Assembly (NCBI GenBank): GCA_009914755.4
Contig: CP086569.2
Span: 35,616,001-35,680,000 of the forward strand
Direction of reading: 5' to 3'
Source: the human T2T-CHM13v2.0 reference genome, Homo sapiens
DNA: 64,000 nucleotides
Shown here: piece after piece, positions 1 to 24,161 of the stretch
How the letters are laid out: every line of letters begins with the position of its first letter
Position numbering within the stretch: the first letter of the stretch is position 1
Program-made: the position numbers and the translations under genes
The notes under the pieces: model-generated
What the model was told of the DNA's origin: nothing
The model's database searches: none
The model's input: only the letters and a program-made list of their open reading frames with translations

Positions 1-271
<271 letters not shown>

Positions 272-841
272 ATCCATATTTTTTAAATGAAAAAAAATTT
301 CAAAGGTACTCTGCTTGGTACAATAATCAAATGTATAAACTGAGGAATAAAACATAACCATGAAACCTACTTATAACTGCATATGGAAAATACAGAGGAT
401 AATTTTTTAAATAACATAGTTTGAAAGCCTTAACTAGTAATTTGAAGAGTTGGCATTTGAAAGGCCAGTATGAATATACCTTCAAAGCAGCAACACAGGT
501 TCCCCATGAGAAAAAGCAAACACAGGGAAAATAAAAACACAAAGGTTCAATCTCTTCTGACCTTTGAAAGACACAGCACAGACAGTGGTCCTTAGGACGA
601 AGAGCAGGAGACCCCTAATTCCGTCACCATGGCGATAGGGCATAAACATTGCTGGGTGAGGGCACAATCCACATTGTGAGGTCCAACTGCTGCCAGGAAG
701 ACAGGAGTGCTTTTACGTAGACCGAAAGGTCATTGAAGGCTCAGAGTTTTGTTTCAAGAACTGAATCCCAAGCCCACACGTTATTAGGCTGCGCTTCTTA
801 AAACAAGTTATGAGATGGGAAAAAGGGCACCCACAAACATA
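272..841. other. Unique ~570-bp moderately GC segment of the repeat unit (unit 1), non-coding
   Basis: 'atccatattttttaaatgaaaaaaaatttcaaaggtactctgcttgg...ccgtcaccatggcgatagggcataaacattgctgggtgagggcac...acacgttattaggctgcgcttcttaaaacaagttatgagatgggaaaaagggcacccacaaacat'. Retains several CpGs. Holds the recurring 61-aa minus-strand ORF, which is a periodicity artefact. Confidence 0.85.
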
Positions 842-2690
<1,849 letters not shown>

Positions 2691-3260
2691 ATCCATATTT
2701 TTTAAATGAAAAAAAATTTCAAAGGTACTCTGCTTGGTACAATAATCAAATGTATAAACTGAGGAATAAAACATAACCATGAAACCTACTTATAACTGCA
2801 TATGGAAAATACAGAGGATAATTTTTTAAATAACATATTTTGAAAGCCTTAACTAGTAATTTGAAGAGCTGGCATTTGAAAGGCCAGTATGAATATACCT
2901 TCAAAGCAGCAACACAGGTTCCCCATGAGAAAAAGCAAACACAGGGAAAATAAAAACACAAAGGTTCAATCTCTTCTGACCTTTGAAAGACACAGCACAG
3001 ACAGTGGTCCTTAGGACGAAGAGCAGGAGACCCCTAATTCCGTCACCATGGCGATAGGGCATAAACATTGCTGGGTGAGGGCACAATCCACATTGTGAGG
3101 TCCAACTGCTGCCAGGAAGACAGGAGTGCTTTTACATAGACCGAAAGGTCATTGAAGGCTCAGAGTTTTGTTTCAAGAACTGAATCCCAAGCCCACACGT
3201 TATTAGGCTGCGCTTCTTAAAACAAGTTATGAGATGGGAAAAAGGGCACCCACAAACATA
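2691..3260. other. Unique segment, unit 2
   Basis: Same sequence one period on. Confidence 0.85.
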
Positions 3261-4816
3261 CGTATACATTATGTATATAATAATATACAGTATCATATAT
3301 AAAATATGTATAACCAATGTATAATATTGTTTTACATCCTGCATCTTATATTATATATATTGTATAAAATATAATAATTGATAATATATAAGTTTTATAT
3401 TTATACAATATGACATATAGTATATATTATACTTTATGACATATATAATATATGTTATATATCATATATAGAATATATTATACGGTTAATATACGTATTA
3501 AATATAAATTATACATTATATATATTATATAAAATATATCTGTTATATATAATACCCATTATGCATAATATATATATTATGTCTATGTTATATATAGTAT
3601 AAAACAACATATAATAATATATAATTGTATATATAAAATGCGACATATAATATATATTATATTTTATGACATATGTAATATATATTATATATTATATATA
3701 ATACGTTGTATGTATAATACCTATATTAAATATATATTATATGACTATGTTATTAATTACATGTCACATATGTTATATATTATATATTTTACATAGAATA
3801 TACCGGTTACATACAATATATACTATGTTACCTATAATGTATAATTGATTACATGTAAAATAAAGAATGCAATATATTATGTATAATTTATAATATACAA
3901 TATGTGGAATGTGATATATATAACATATAATATATGATATATGATATACAGTATATGATATATAACATACAATATATGATACCTAATATATATGGTATAC
4001 AATATATATTTTAAGTTATGTATTCTATATGTTTTATATTCTGTTATATATAACTATTTGAAATTATATATAACTGTATAATATTTTATGTAAATATGTA
4101 ATATAATATATATAACTATATAATATATTATATATAACTATATATTATGTTATATATACTTTTATAACATAATTTACATAAAATGTCATAATATAATATA
4201 TATCATATTATTTCACATTACATAATATATATTACATATCACCCAATATAAGTAACATACATAATATTATAATATAGATTATATTATGTTATATTAAATA
4301 TCATATATATCATGTATCATATATTCTATAATATATATTACACATTATATAATATGTATGTTGTCTATTTTGTGATATATAAAACTATATATATAATTAT
4401 ATTATTATACATATAACTAGATAAACATGTAATTCTACATATTTTCATTTGTAATATATAGAATTATATAATCATATATAATTATTTATATTCTATAAAA
4501 AATTATATCATTATATAAATTATAATATAAAAAAATTATAATATGTACTACAAATATACATATTATATATCATATATGATATAGTACCTTTGTTATATAT
4601 CATAATACATATAAATGTGTATTATGTTATCTATAATTATATAATTTCATATATAAGATGTATAATATGTATTATATATTGTCTATGTTATGTAATATAT
4701 ATAGTATATGTAAGCTGACACAGGATAAATATTATATACTATGACATATAAAATATATGAGGTTATATGTTACATATAAGGCATAGCACATAACATGTAA
4801 TATATATCATATATAA
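3261..4816. repeat. AT-rich block, unit 2
   Basis: Same block one period on. Conserved nearly base-for-base with unit 1. Confidence 0.9.
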
Positions 4817-5110
<294 letters not shown>

Positions 5111-5680
5111 ATCCATATTTTTTAAATGAAAAAAAATTTCAAAGGTACTCTGCTTGGTACAATAATCAAATGTATAAACTGAGGAATAAAACATAACCAT
5201 GAAACCTACTTAAAACTGCATATGGAAAACACAGAGGATAATTTTTTAAATAACATATTTTGAAAGCCTTAACTAGTAATTTGAAGAGTTGGCATTTGAA
5301 AGGCCAGTATGAATATACCTTCAAAGCAGCAACACAGGTTCCCCATGAGAAAAAGCAAACTCAGGGAAAATAAAACCACAAAGGTTCAATCTCTTCTGAC
5401 CTTTGAAAGACACAGCACAGACAGTGGTCCTTAGGACGAAGAGCAGGAGACCCCTAATTCCGTCACCATGGCGATAGGGCATAAACATTGCTGGGTGAGG
5501 GCACAATCCACATTGAGAGGTCCAACTGCTGCCAGGAAGACAGGAGTGCTTTTACATAGACCGAAAGGTCATTGAAGGCTCAGAGTTTTGTTTCAAGAAC
5601 TGAATCCCAAGCCCACACGTTATTAGGCTGCGCTTCTTATAACAAGTTATGAGATGGGAAAAAGGGCACCCACAAACTTA
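5111..5680. other. Unique segment, unit 3
   Basis: Same sequence. Variants 'gcaaactcaggg', 'aaaaccacaaagg'. Confidence 0.85.
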
Positions 5681-7236
5681 CGTATACATTATGTATATAA
5701 TAATATACAGTATCATATATATAATATATATAACCTATGTATAATATTGTTTTACATCATGCATTTTATATTATATATATTGTATAAAATATAATAATTG
5801 ATAATATATCAGTTTTATATTTATACAATATGACATATAGTATATATTATAATTTATGACATATATAATATATGTTATATATCATATATAGAATATATTA
5901 TACGGTTAATATACGTATTAAATATAAATTATACATTATATATATTATATAAAATATATCTGTTATATATAATACCCATTATGCATAATATATATATTAT
6001 GTCTATGTTATATATAGTATAAAACAACATATAATAATATATAATTGTATATATAAAATGCGACATATTATATATATTATATTTTATGACATATGTAATA
6101 TATATTATATATTATATATAATACGTTGTATGTATAATACCTATATTAAATATATATTATATGACTATGTTATTAATTACATGTCACATGTGTTATATAT
6201 TATATATTTTACATAGAATATACCGGTTACATACAATATATACTATGTTACCTATAATGTATAATTGATTACATGTAAAATAAAGAATGCAATATATTAT
6301 GTATAATTTATAATATACAATATGTGGAATGTGATATATATAACATATAATATATGATATATGATATACAGTATATGATATATAACACACAATATATGAT
6401 ACCTAATATATATGGTATACAATATATATTTTATGATATGTATTCTATATGATTTATATTCTGTTATATATAACTATTTGAAATTATATATAACTGTATA
6501 ATATTTTATGTAAATATGTAATATAATATATATAACTATATAATATATTATATATAACTATATATTATGTTATATATACTTTTATAACATAATTTACATA
6601 AAATGTCATAATATAATATATATTATATTATTTCACATTACATAATATATATTACATATCACCCAATATAAGTAACATACATAATATTATAATATAGATT
6701 ATATTATGTTATATTAAATATCATATATATCATGTATCATATATTCTATAATATATATTACACATTATATAATATGTATGTTGTCTATTTTGTGATATAT
6801 AAAACTATATATATAATTATATTATTATACATATAACTAGATAAACATGTAATTATACGTATTTTCATTTGTAATATATAGAATTATATAATCATATATA
6901 ATTATTTATATTCTATAAAAAATTATATCATTATATAAATTATAATATAAAAAAATTATAATATGTACTACAAATATATATATTATATATCATATATGAT
7001 ATAGTACCTTTGTTATATATCATAATACATATAAATGTGTATTATGTTATCTATAATTATATAATTTCATATGTAAGATGTATAATATGTATTATATATT
7101 CTCTATGTTATGTAATATATATAGTATATGTAAGCTGACACAGGATAAATATTATATACTATGACATATAAAATATATGAGGTTATATGTTACATATAAG
7201 GCATAGCACATAACATGTAATATATATCATATATAA
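5681..7236. repeat. AT-rich block, unit 3
   Basis: Same block. Variant 'tataacacacaatatatgat'. Confidence 0.9.
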
Positions 7237-7530
<294 letters not shown>

Positions 7531-8100
7531 ATCCATATTTTTTAAATGAAAAAAAATTTCAAAGGTACTCTGCTTGGTACAATAATCAAATGTATAAACT
7601 GAGGAATAAAACATAACCATGAAACCTACTTATAACTGCATATGGAAAATACAGAGGATAATTTTTTAAATAACATATTTTGAAAGCCTTAACTAGTAAT
7701 TTGAAGAGTTGGCATTTGAAAGGCCAGTATGAATATACCTTCAAAGCAGCAACACAGGTTCCCCATGAGAAAAGGTAAACTCAGGGAAAATAAAACCACA
7801 AAGGTTCAATCTCTTCTGACCTTTGAAAGACACAGCACAGACAGTGGTCCTTAGGACGAAGAGCAGGAGACCCCTAATTCCGTCACCATGGCGATAGGGC
7901 ATAAACATTGCTGGGTGAGGGCACAATCCACATTGAGAGGTCCAACTGCTGCCAGGAAGACAGGAGTGCTTTTACAAAGACCGAAAGGTCATTGAAGGCT
8001 CAGAGTTTTGTTTCAAGAACTGAATCCCAAGCCCACACGTTATTAGGCTGCGCTTCTTAAAACAAGTTATGAGATGGGAAAAAGGGCACCCACAAACATA
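7531..8100. other. Unique segment, unit 4
   Basis: Same sequence. Variant 'gagaaaaggtaaactc'. Confidence 0.85.
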
Positions 8101-9945
<1,845 letters not shown>

Positions 9946-10515
9946 ATCCATATTTTTTAAATGAAAAAAAATTTCAAAGGTACTCTGCTTGGTACAATAA
10001 TCAAATGTATAAACTGAGGAATAAAACATAACCATGAAACCTACTTATAACTGCATATGGAAAATACAGAGGATAATTTTTTAAATAACATATTTTGAAA
10101 GCCTTAACTAGTAATTTGAAGAGTTGGCATTTGAAAGGCCAGTATGAATATACCTTCAAAGCAGCAACACAGGTTCCCCATGAGAAACAGCAAACTCAGG
10201 GAAAATAAAACCACAAAGGTTCAAGCTCTTCTGACCTTTGAAAGACACAGCACAGACAGTGGTCCTTAGGACGAAGAGCAGGAGACCCCTAATTCCGTCA
10301 CCATGGCGATAGGGCATAAACATTGCTGGGTGAGGGCACAATCCACATTGTGAGGTCCAACTGCTGCCAGGAAGACAGGAGTGCTTTTACATAGACCGAA
10401 AGGTCATTGAAGGCTCAGAGTTTTGTTTCAAGAACTGAATCCCAAGCCCACACGTTATTAGGCTGCGCTTCTTAAAACAAGTTATGAGATGGGAAAAAGG
10501 GCACCCACAAACATA
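9946..10515. other. Unique segment, unit 5
   Basis: Same sequence. Variants 'gagaaacagcaaactc', 'ggttcaagctc'. Confidence 0.85.
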
Positions 10516-12365
<1,850 letters not shown>

Positions 12366-12935
12366 ATCCATATTTTTTAAATGAAAAAAAATTTCAAAGG
12401 TACTCTGCTTGGTACAATAATCAAATGTATAAACTGAGGAATAAAACATAACCATGAAACCTACTTATAACTGCATATGGAAAATACAGAGGATAATTTT
12501 TTAAATAACATATTTTGAAAGCCTTAACTAGTAATTTGAAGAGTTGGCATTTGAAAGGCCAGTATGAATATACCTTCAAAGCAGCAACACAGGTTCCCCA
12601 TGAGAAACAGCAAACTCAGGGAAAATAAAACCACAAAGGTTCAAGCTCTTCTGACCTTTGAAAGACACAGCACAGACAGTGGTCCTTAGGACGAAGAGCA
12701 GGAGACCCCTAATTCCGTCACCATGGCGATAGGGCATAAACATTGCTGAGTGAGGGCACAATCCACATTGTGAGGTCCAACTGCTGCCAGGAAGACAGGA
12801 GTGCTTTTACATAGACCGAAAGGTCATTGAAGGCTCAGAGTTTTGTTTCAAGAACTGAATCCCAAGCCCACACGTTATTAGGCTGCGCTTCTTAAAACAA
12901 GTTATGAGATGGGAAAAAGGGCACCCACAAACATA
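12366..12935. other. Unique segment, unit 6
   Basis: Same sequence. Shares the unit-5 variants, plus 'cattgctgagtgagg'. Confidence 0.85.
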
Positions 12936-14490
12936 CGTATACATTATGTATATAATAATATACAGTATCATATATATAATATATATAACCTATGTATAAT
13001 ATTGTTTTACATCCTGCATCTTATATAATATATATTGTCTAAAATATAATAATTGATAATATATAAGTTTTATATTTATACAATATGACATATAGTATAT
13101 ATTATAATTTATGACATATATAATATATGTTATATATCATATATAGAATATATTATACGGTTAATATACGTATTAAATATAAATTATACATTATATATAT
13201 TATATATAATATATCTGTTATATATAATACCTATTATGCATAATATGTATATTATGTCTATGTTATATATAGTATAAAAAAACATATAATAATATATAAT
13301 TGTATATATAAAATGCGACATATAATATATATTATATTTTATGACATATGTAATATATATTATATATTATATATAATACGTTGTATGTATAATACCTATA
13401 TTAAATATATATTATATGACTATGTTATTAATTACATGTCACATGTGTTATATATTATATATTTTACATAGAATATACCGGTTACATACAATATATACTA
13501 TGTTACCTATAATGTATAATTGATTACATGTAAAATAAAGAATGCAATATATTATGTATAATTTATAATATACAATATGTGGAATGTGATATATATAACA
13601 TATAATATATGATATATGATATACAGTATATGATATATAACATACAATATATGATACCTAATATATATGGTATACAATATATATTTTATGATATGTATTC
13701 TATATGTTTTATATTCTGTTATATATAACTATTTGAAATTATATATAACTGTATAATATTTTATGTAAATATGTAATATAATATATATAACTATATAATA
13801 TATTATATATAACTATATATTATGTTATATATACTTTTATAACATAATTTACATAAAATGTCATAATATAATATATATTATATTATTTCACATTACATAA
13901 TATATATTACATATCACCCAATATAAGTAACATACATAATATTATAATATAGATTATATTATGTTATATTAAATATCATATATATCATGTATCATATATT
14001 CTATAATATATATTACACATTATATAATATGTATGTTGTCTATTTTGTGATATATAAAACTATATATATAATTATATTATTATACATATAACTAGATAAA
14101 CATGTAATTATACATATTTTCATTTGTAATATATAGAATTATATAATCATATATAATTATTTATATTCTATAAAAAATTATATCATTATATAAATTATAA
14201 TATAAAAAATTATAATATGTAATACAAATATATATATTATATATCATATATGATATAGTACCTTTGTTATATATCATAATACATATAAATGTGTATTATG
14301 TTATCTATAATTATATAATTTCATATGTAAGATGTATAATATGTATTATATATTCTCTATGTTATGTAATATATATAGTATATGTAAGCTGACACAGGAT
14401 AAATATTATATACTATGACATATAAAATATATGAGGTTATATGTTACATATAAGGCATAGCACATAACATGTAATATATATCATATATAA
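12936..14490. repeat. AT-rich block, unit 6
   Basis: Same block. Variant 'cttatataatatatattgtctaaaatat'. Confidence 0.9.
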
Positions 14491-14784
<294 letters not shown>

Positions 14785-15354
14785 ATCCATATTTTTTAAA
14801 TGAAAAAAAATTTCAAAGGTACTCTGCTTGGTACAATAATCAAATATATAAACTGAGGAATAAAACATAACCATGAAACCTACTTATAACTGCATATGGA
14901 AAATACAGAGGATAATTTTTTAAATAACATATTTTGAAAGCCTTAACTAGTAATTTGAAGAGTTGGCATTTGAAAGGCCAGTATGAATATACCTTCAAAG
15001 CAGCAACACAGGTTCCCCATGAGAAAAGGTAAACTCAGGGAAAATAAAACCACAAAGGTTCAATCTCTTCTGACCTTTGAAAGACACAGCACAGACAGTG
15101 GTCCTTAGGACGAAGAGCAGGAGACCCCTAATTCCGTCACCATGGCGATAGGGCATAAACATTGCTGGGTGAGGGCACAATCCACATTGAGAGGTCCAAC
15201 TGCTGCCAGGAAGACAGGAGTGCTTTTACAAAGACCGAAAGGTCATTGAAGGCTCAGAGTTTTGTTTCAAGAACTGAATCCCAAGCCCACACGTTATTAG
15301 GCTGCGCTTCTTAAAACAAGTTATGAGATGGGAAAAAGGGCACCCACAAACATA
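14785..15354. other. Unique segment, unit 7
   Basis: Same sequence. Shares the unit-4 variant 'gagaaaaggtaaactc'. Confidence 0.85.
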
Positions 15355-17204
<1,850 letters not shown>

Positions 17205-17774
17205 ATCCATATTTTTTAAATGAAAAAAAATTTCAAAGGTACTCTGCTTGGTACAATAATCAAATGTATAAACTGAGGAATAAAACATAACCATGAAACC
17301 TACTTATAACTGCATATGGAAAATACAGAGGATAATTTTTTAAATAACATATTTTGAAAGCCTTAACTAGTAATTTGAAGAGTTGGCATTTGAAAGGCCA
17401 GTATGAATATACCTTCAAAGCAGCAACACAGGTTCCCCATGAGAAACAGCAAACTCAGGGAAAATAAAACCACAAAGGTTCAAGCTCTTCTGACCTTTGA
17501 AAGACACAGCACAGACAGTGGTCCTTAGGACGAAGAGCAGGAGACCCCTAATTCCGTCACCATGGCGATAGGGCATAAACATTGCTGGGTGAGGGCACAA
17601 TCCACATTGTGAGGTCCAACTGCTGCCAGGAAGACAGGAGTGCTTTTACATAGACCGAAAGGTCATTGAAGGCTCAGAGTTTTGTTTCAAGAACTGAATC
17701 CCAAGCCCACACGTTATTAGGCTGCGCTTCTTAAAACAAGTTATGAGATGGGAAAAAGGGCACCCACAAACATA
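17205..17774. other. Unique segment, unit 8
   Basis: Same sequence. Shares the unit-5/6 variants. Confidence 0.85.
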
Positions 17775-19330
17775 CGTATACATTATGTATATAATAATAT
17801 ACAGTAACATATATATAATATATATAACCTATGTATAATATTGTTTTACATCCTGCATCTTATATAATATATATTGTCTAAAATATAATAATTGATAATA
17901 TATAAGTTTTATATTTATACAATATGACATATAGTATATATTATAATTTATGACATATATAATATATGTTATATATCATATATAGAATATATTATACGGT
18001 TAATATACGTATTAAATATAAATTATACATTATAGATATTATATATAATATATCTGTTATATATAATACCTATTATGCATAATATGTATATTATGTCTAT
18101 GTTATATATAGTATAAAACAACATATAATAATATATAATTGTATATATAAAATGCGACATATAATATATATTATATTTTATGACATATGTAATATATATT
18201 ATATATTATATATACTACGTTGTATGTATAATACCTATATTAAATATATATTATATGACTATGTTATTAATTACATGTCACATGTGTTATATATTATATA
18301 TTTTACATAGAATATACCGGTTACATACAATATATACTATGTTACCTATAATGTATAATTGATTACATGTAAAATAAAGAATGCAATATATTATGTATAA
18401 TTTATAATATACAATATGTGGAATGTGATATATATAACATATAATATATGATATATGATATACAGTATATGATATATAACATAAAATATATGATACCTAG
18501 TATATATTGTATACAATATATATTTTATGATATGTATTCTATATGTTTTATATTCTGTTATATATAACTATTTGAAATTATATATAACTGTATAATATTT
18601 TATGTAAATATGTAATATAATATATATAACTATATAATATATTATATATAACTATATATTATGTTATATATACTTTTATATCATAATTTACATAAAATGT
18701 CATAATATAATATATATTATATTATTTCATATTACATAATATATATTACATATCACCCAATACAAGTAACATACATAATATTATAATATAGATTATATTA
18801 TGTTATGTTAAATATCATATATATCATGTATCATATATTCTATAATATATATTATACATTATATTATATGTATGTTGTCTATTTTGTGATATATAAAACT
18901 ATATATATAATTATATTATTATACATAAAACTAGGTAAACATGTAAATCTACATATTTTCATTTGTAATATATAGAATTATATAATCATATATAATTATT
19001 TATATTCTATAAAAAATTATATCATTATATAAATTATAATATAAAAAAATTATAATATGTACTACAAATATATATATTATATATCATATATGATATAGTA
19101 CCTTTGTTATATATCATAATACATATAAATGTGTATTATGTTATCTATAATTATATAATTTCATATATAAGATGTATAATATGTATTATATATTGTCTAT
19201 GTTATGTAATATATATAGTATATGTAAGCTGACACAGGATAAATATTATATACTATGACATATAAAATATATGAGGTTATATGTTACATATAAGGCATAG
19301 CACATAACATGTAATATATATCATATATAA
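17775..19330. repeat. AT-rich block, unit 8
   Basis: Same block. Variant 'cttatataatatatattgtctaaaatat'. Confidence 0.9.
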
Positions 19331-19624
<294 letters not shown>

Positions 19625-20194
19625 ATCCATATTTTTTAAATGAAAAAAAATTTCAAAGGTACTCTGCTTGGTACAATAATCAAATGTATAAACTGAGGAA
19701 TAAAACATAACCATGAAACCTACTTATAACTGCATATGGAAAATACAGAGGATAATTTCTTAAATAACATATTTTGAAAGCCTTAACTAGTAATTTGAAG
19801 AGTTGGCATTTGAAAGGCCAGTATGAATATACCTTCAAAGCAGCAACACAGGTTCCCCATGAGAAAAAGCAAACTCAGGGAAAATAAAACCACAAAGGTT
19901 CAATCTCTTCTGACCTTTGAAAGACACAGCACAGACAGTGGTCCTTAGGACGAAGAGCAGGAGACCCCTAATTCCGTCACCATGGCGATAGGGCATAAAC
20001 ATTGCTGGGTGAGGGCACAATCCACATTGAGAGGTCCAACTGCTGCCAGGAAGACAGGAGTGCTTTTATATAGACCGAAAGGTCATTGAAGGCTCAGAGT
20101 TTTGTTTCAAGAACTGAATCCCAAGCCCACACGTTATTAGGCTGCGCTTCTTAAAACAAGTTATGAGATGGGAAAAAGGGCACCCACAAACATA
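19625..20194. other. Unique segment, unit 9
   Basis: Same sequence. Confidence 0.85.
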
Positions 20195-21745
20195 CGTATA
20201 CATTATGTATATAATAATATACAGTATCATATATATAATATATATAACCTATGTATAATATTGTTTTACATCCTGCATCTTATATTATATATATTGTATA
20301 AAATATAAAATTCATAATACATAACGTTTATATTTATACAATATGACATATAGTATATATTATAATTTATGTCATATATAATATATGTTATATATCATAT
20401 ATAGAATATATTATACGGTTAATATACGTATTAAATATAAATTATACATTATATATATTATATAAAATATATCTGTTATATATAATACCCATTATGCATA
20501 ATATGTATATTATGTCTATGTTATATATAGTATAAAACAACATATAATAATATATAATTGTATATATAAAATGCGACATATAATATATATTATATTTTAT
20601 GACATATGTAATATATATTATATATTATATATAATACGTTGTATGTATAATACCTATATTAAATATATATTATATGACTATGTTATTAATTACATGTCAC
20701 ATATGTTATATATTATATATTTTACATAGAATATACCGGTTACATGCAGTATATACTATGTTACCTATAATGTATAATTGATTACATGTAAAATAAAGAA
20801 TGCAATATATTATGTATAATTTATAATATACATTATGTGGAATGTGATATATATAACATATAATATATGATATATGATATACAGTATATGATATATAACA
20901 TACAATATATGATACCTAATATATATGGTATACAATATATATTTTATGATATGTATTCTATATGTTTTATATTCTGTTATATATAACAATTTGAAATTAT
21001 ATATAACTGTATAATATTTTATGCAAATATGTAATATAATATATATAACTATATAATATATTATATATAACTATATATTATGTTATATATACTTTTATCA
21101 CATAATTTACATTAAATATCATAATATAATATATATTATATTATTTCACATTACATAATATATATTACATATCACCCAATATAAGTAACATACATAATAT
21201 TATAATATAGATTATATTATGTTATATTAAATATCATATATATCATGTATCATATATTCTATAATATATATTACACATTATATAATATGTATGTTGTCTA
21301 TTATGTGATATATATAACTATATATAATTATATTATTATACATATAACTAGATAAACATGTAATTCTACATATTTTCATTTATAATATATAGAATTATAT
21401 AATCATATATAATTATTTATACTCTATAAAAAATTATATCCTTATATAAATTATAATATATAAAAATTATAATATGTACTACATATATATATTATATATC
21501 ATATATGATATAGTACCTTTGTTATATATCATAATACATATAAATGTGTATTATGTTATCTATAATTATATAATTTCATATATAAGTTGTATAATATGTA
21601 TCAAATATTATATATGTTATGTAATATATATAGTATATATAAGCTGACACAGGATAAATATTATATACTATGACATATAAAATATATGGGGTTATATGTT
21701 ACATATAAGGCATAGCACATAACATGTAATATATATCATATATAA
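20195..21745. repeat. AT-rich block, unit 9
   Basis: Same block. Confidence 0.9.
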
Positions 21746-22039
21746 TTTTTTTTTAGACAGAGTCTTGTCCTGTTGCACAGGGTGGGGTACAATGGCGCCA
21801 TCTTTGCTCACTGCAACATCTGCCTCAAGGGTCCAAGCGATTGGCCTCCCTCAGCCTCCCAGGTAGCTGGGACTACACCACACTGGGACTACAGCAGCTG
21901 CCACCACGCCTAGCTAATTTTTTGGATTTTTAGTAGTGACAGCGTTTCACTGTATTGGCCAGGATGGTCTTGATCTCTTCACCTTGTGATCCCCTTGCCT
22001 TGGCCTCCAAATTTGCTGGGATTACAGGCCTGAGCCAAG
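21746..22039 (-). mobile_element. Alu (antisense), unit 10
   Basis: Poly-T start verified at 21746. Variants 'ctcaagggtccaagcgattggcc', 'gactacagcagctgccaccacgcc'. Confidence 0.9.
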
Positions 22040-22609
22040 ATCCATATTTTTTAAATGAAAAAAAATTTGAAAGGTACTCTGCTTGGTACAATAATCAAAT
22101 GTATAAACTGAGGAATAAAACATAACCATGAAACCTACTTATAACTGCATATGGAAAATACAGAGGATAATTTTTTAAATAACATATTTTGAAAGCCTTA
22201 ACTAGTAATTTGAAGAGTTGGCATTTGAAAGGCCAGTATGAATATACCTTCAAAGCAGCAACACAGGTTCCCCATGAGAAAAAGCAAACACAGGGAAACT
22301 GAAAACACAAAGGTTCAATCTCTTCTGACCTTTGAAAGACACAGCACAGACAGTGGTCCTTAGGACGAAGAGCAGGAGACCCCTAATTCCGTCACCATGG
22401 CGATAGGGCATAAACATTGCTGGGTGAGGGCACAATCCACATTGTGAGGTCCAACTGCTGCCAGGAAGACAGGAGTGCTTTTACATAGACCGAAAGGTCA
22501 TTGAAGGCTCAGAGTTTTGTTTCAAGAACTGAATCCCAAGCCCACACGTTATTAGGCTGCGCTTCTTAAAACAAGTTATGAGATGGGAAAAAGGGCACCC
22601 ACAAACATA
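22040..22609. other. Unique segment, unit 10
   Basis: Same sequence. Variants 'aatttgaaagg', 'gggaaactgaaaac'. Confidence 0.85.
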
Positions 22610-24161
22610 CGTATACATTATGTATATAATAATATACAGTATCATATATATAATATATATAACCTATGTATAATATTGTTTTACATCCTGCATCTTATGT
22701 TATATATATTGTATAAAATATAATAATTGATAATATATAAGTTTTATATCTATACAATATGACATATAGTATATATTATAATTTATGACATATATAATAT
22801 ATGTTATATATCATATATAGAATATATTATACGGTTAATATACGTATTAAATATAAATTATACATTATATATATTATATATAATATATCTGTTATATATA
22901 ATACCCATTATGCATAATATATATATTATGTCTATGTTATATATAGTATAAAACAACATATAATAATATATAATTGTATATATAAAATGCGACATATAAT
23001 ATATATTATATTTTATGACATATGTAATATATATTATATATTATATATAATACGTTGTATGTATAATACCTATATTAAATATATATTATATGACTATGTT
23101 ATTAATTACATGTCACATATGTTATATATTATATATTTTACATAGAATATACCGGTTACATGCAGTATATACTATGTTACCTATAATGTATAATTGATTA
23201 CATGTAAAATAAAGAATGCAATATATTATGTATAATTTATAATATACATTATGTGGAATGTGATATATATAACATATAATATATGATATATGATATACAG
23301 TATATGATATATAACATACAATATATGATACCTAATATATATGGTATACAATATATATTTTATGATATGTATTCTATATGTTTTATATTCTGTTATATAT
23401 AACTATTTGAAATTATATATAACTGTATAATATTTTATGCAAATATGTAATATAATATATATAACTATATAATATATTATATATAACTATATATTATGTT
23501 ATATATACTTTTATCACATAATTTACATTAAATATCATAATATAATATATATTATATTATTTCACATTACATAATATATATGACATATCACCCAATATAA
23601 GTAACATACATAATATTATAATATAGATTATATTATGTTATATTAAATATCATATATATCATGTATCATATATTCTATAATATATATTACACATTATATA
23701 ATATGTATGTTGTCTATTATGTGATATATATAACTATATATAATTATATTATTATACATATAACTAGATAAACATGTAATTCTACATATTTTCATTTATA
23801 TTATATAGAATTATATAATCATATATAATTATTTATACTCTATAAAAAATTATATCCTTATATAAATTATAATATATAAAAATTATAATATGTACTACAT
23901 ATATATATTATATATCATATATGATATAGTACCTTTGTTATATATCATAATACATATAAATGTGTATTATGTTAACTATAATTATATAATTTCATATATA
24001 AGTTGTATAATATGTATCAAATATTATATATGTTATGTAATATATATAGTATATATAAGCTGACACAGGATAAATATTATATACTATGACATATAAAATA
24101 TATGAGGTTATATGTTACATATAAGGCATAGCACATAACATGTAATATATATCATATATAA
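22610..24161. repeat. AT-rich block, unit 10
   Basis: Same block. Variants 'ccggttacatgcagtatatac', 'ttatcacataatttacattaaat'. Confidence 0.9.

Noticed and set aside
2901-3086. 61-aa minus-strand ORF 'MCPHPAMFMPYRHGDGIRGLLLFVLRTTVCAVSFKGQKRLNLC...' present intact in all 27 units
   Set aside because: It recurs only because the unit is tandemly repeated. It lies on the minus strand of the unique segment in human satellite DNA. It has no recognisable domain, no splice or polyadenylation context that I can see, and no start-codon context beyond an ATG. With ~1-2% divergence between copies, the absence of stop codons over 61 codons is expected by chance, and copy-to-copy changes are unconstrained-looking missense (P/S, R/S, G/V, A/V, F/S). 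The overlapping 71-aa ORF (e.g. 2746-2961) is the same artefact.
3132-3344. Y/I/M-rich ORFs of 60-77 aa inside the AT-rich blocks (e.g. 'MQDVKQYYTLVIHILYMILYIIIY...', 'MCYISYTVYHISYIICYIYH...', 'MHNIYIMSMLYNIKQHIIIY...')
   Set aside because: These are low-complexity translations of TA-rich DNA (TAT=Y, ATA=I, ATG=M). They appear and disappear between units with single-base changes and lie on both strands. They are useful only as markers of which units are identical.
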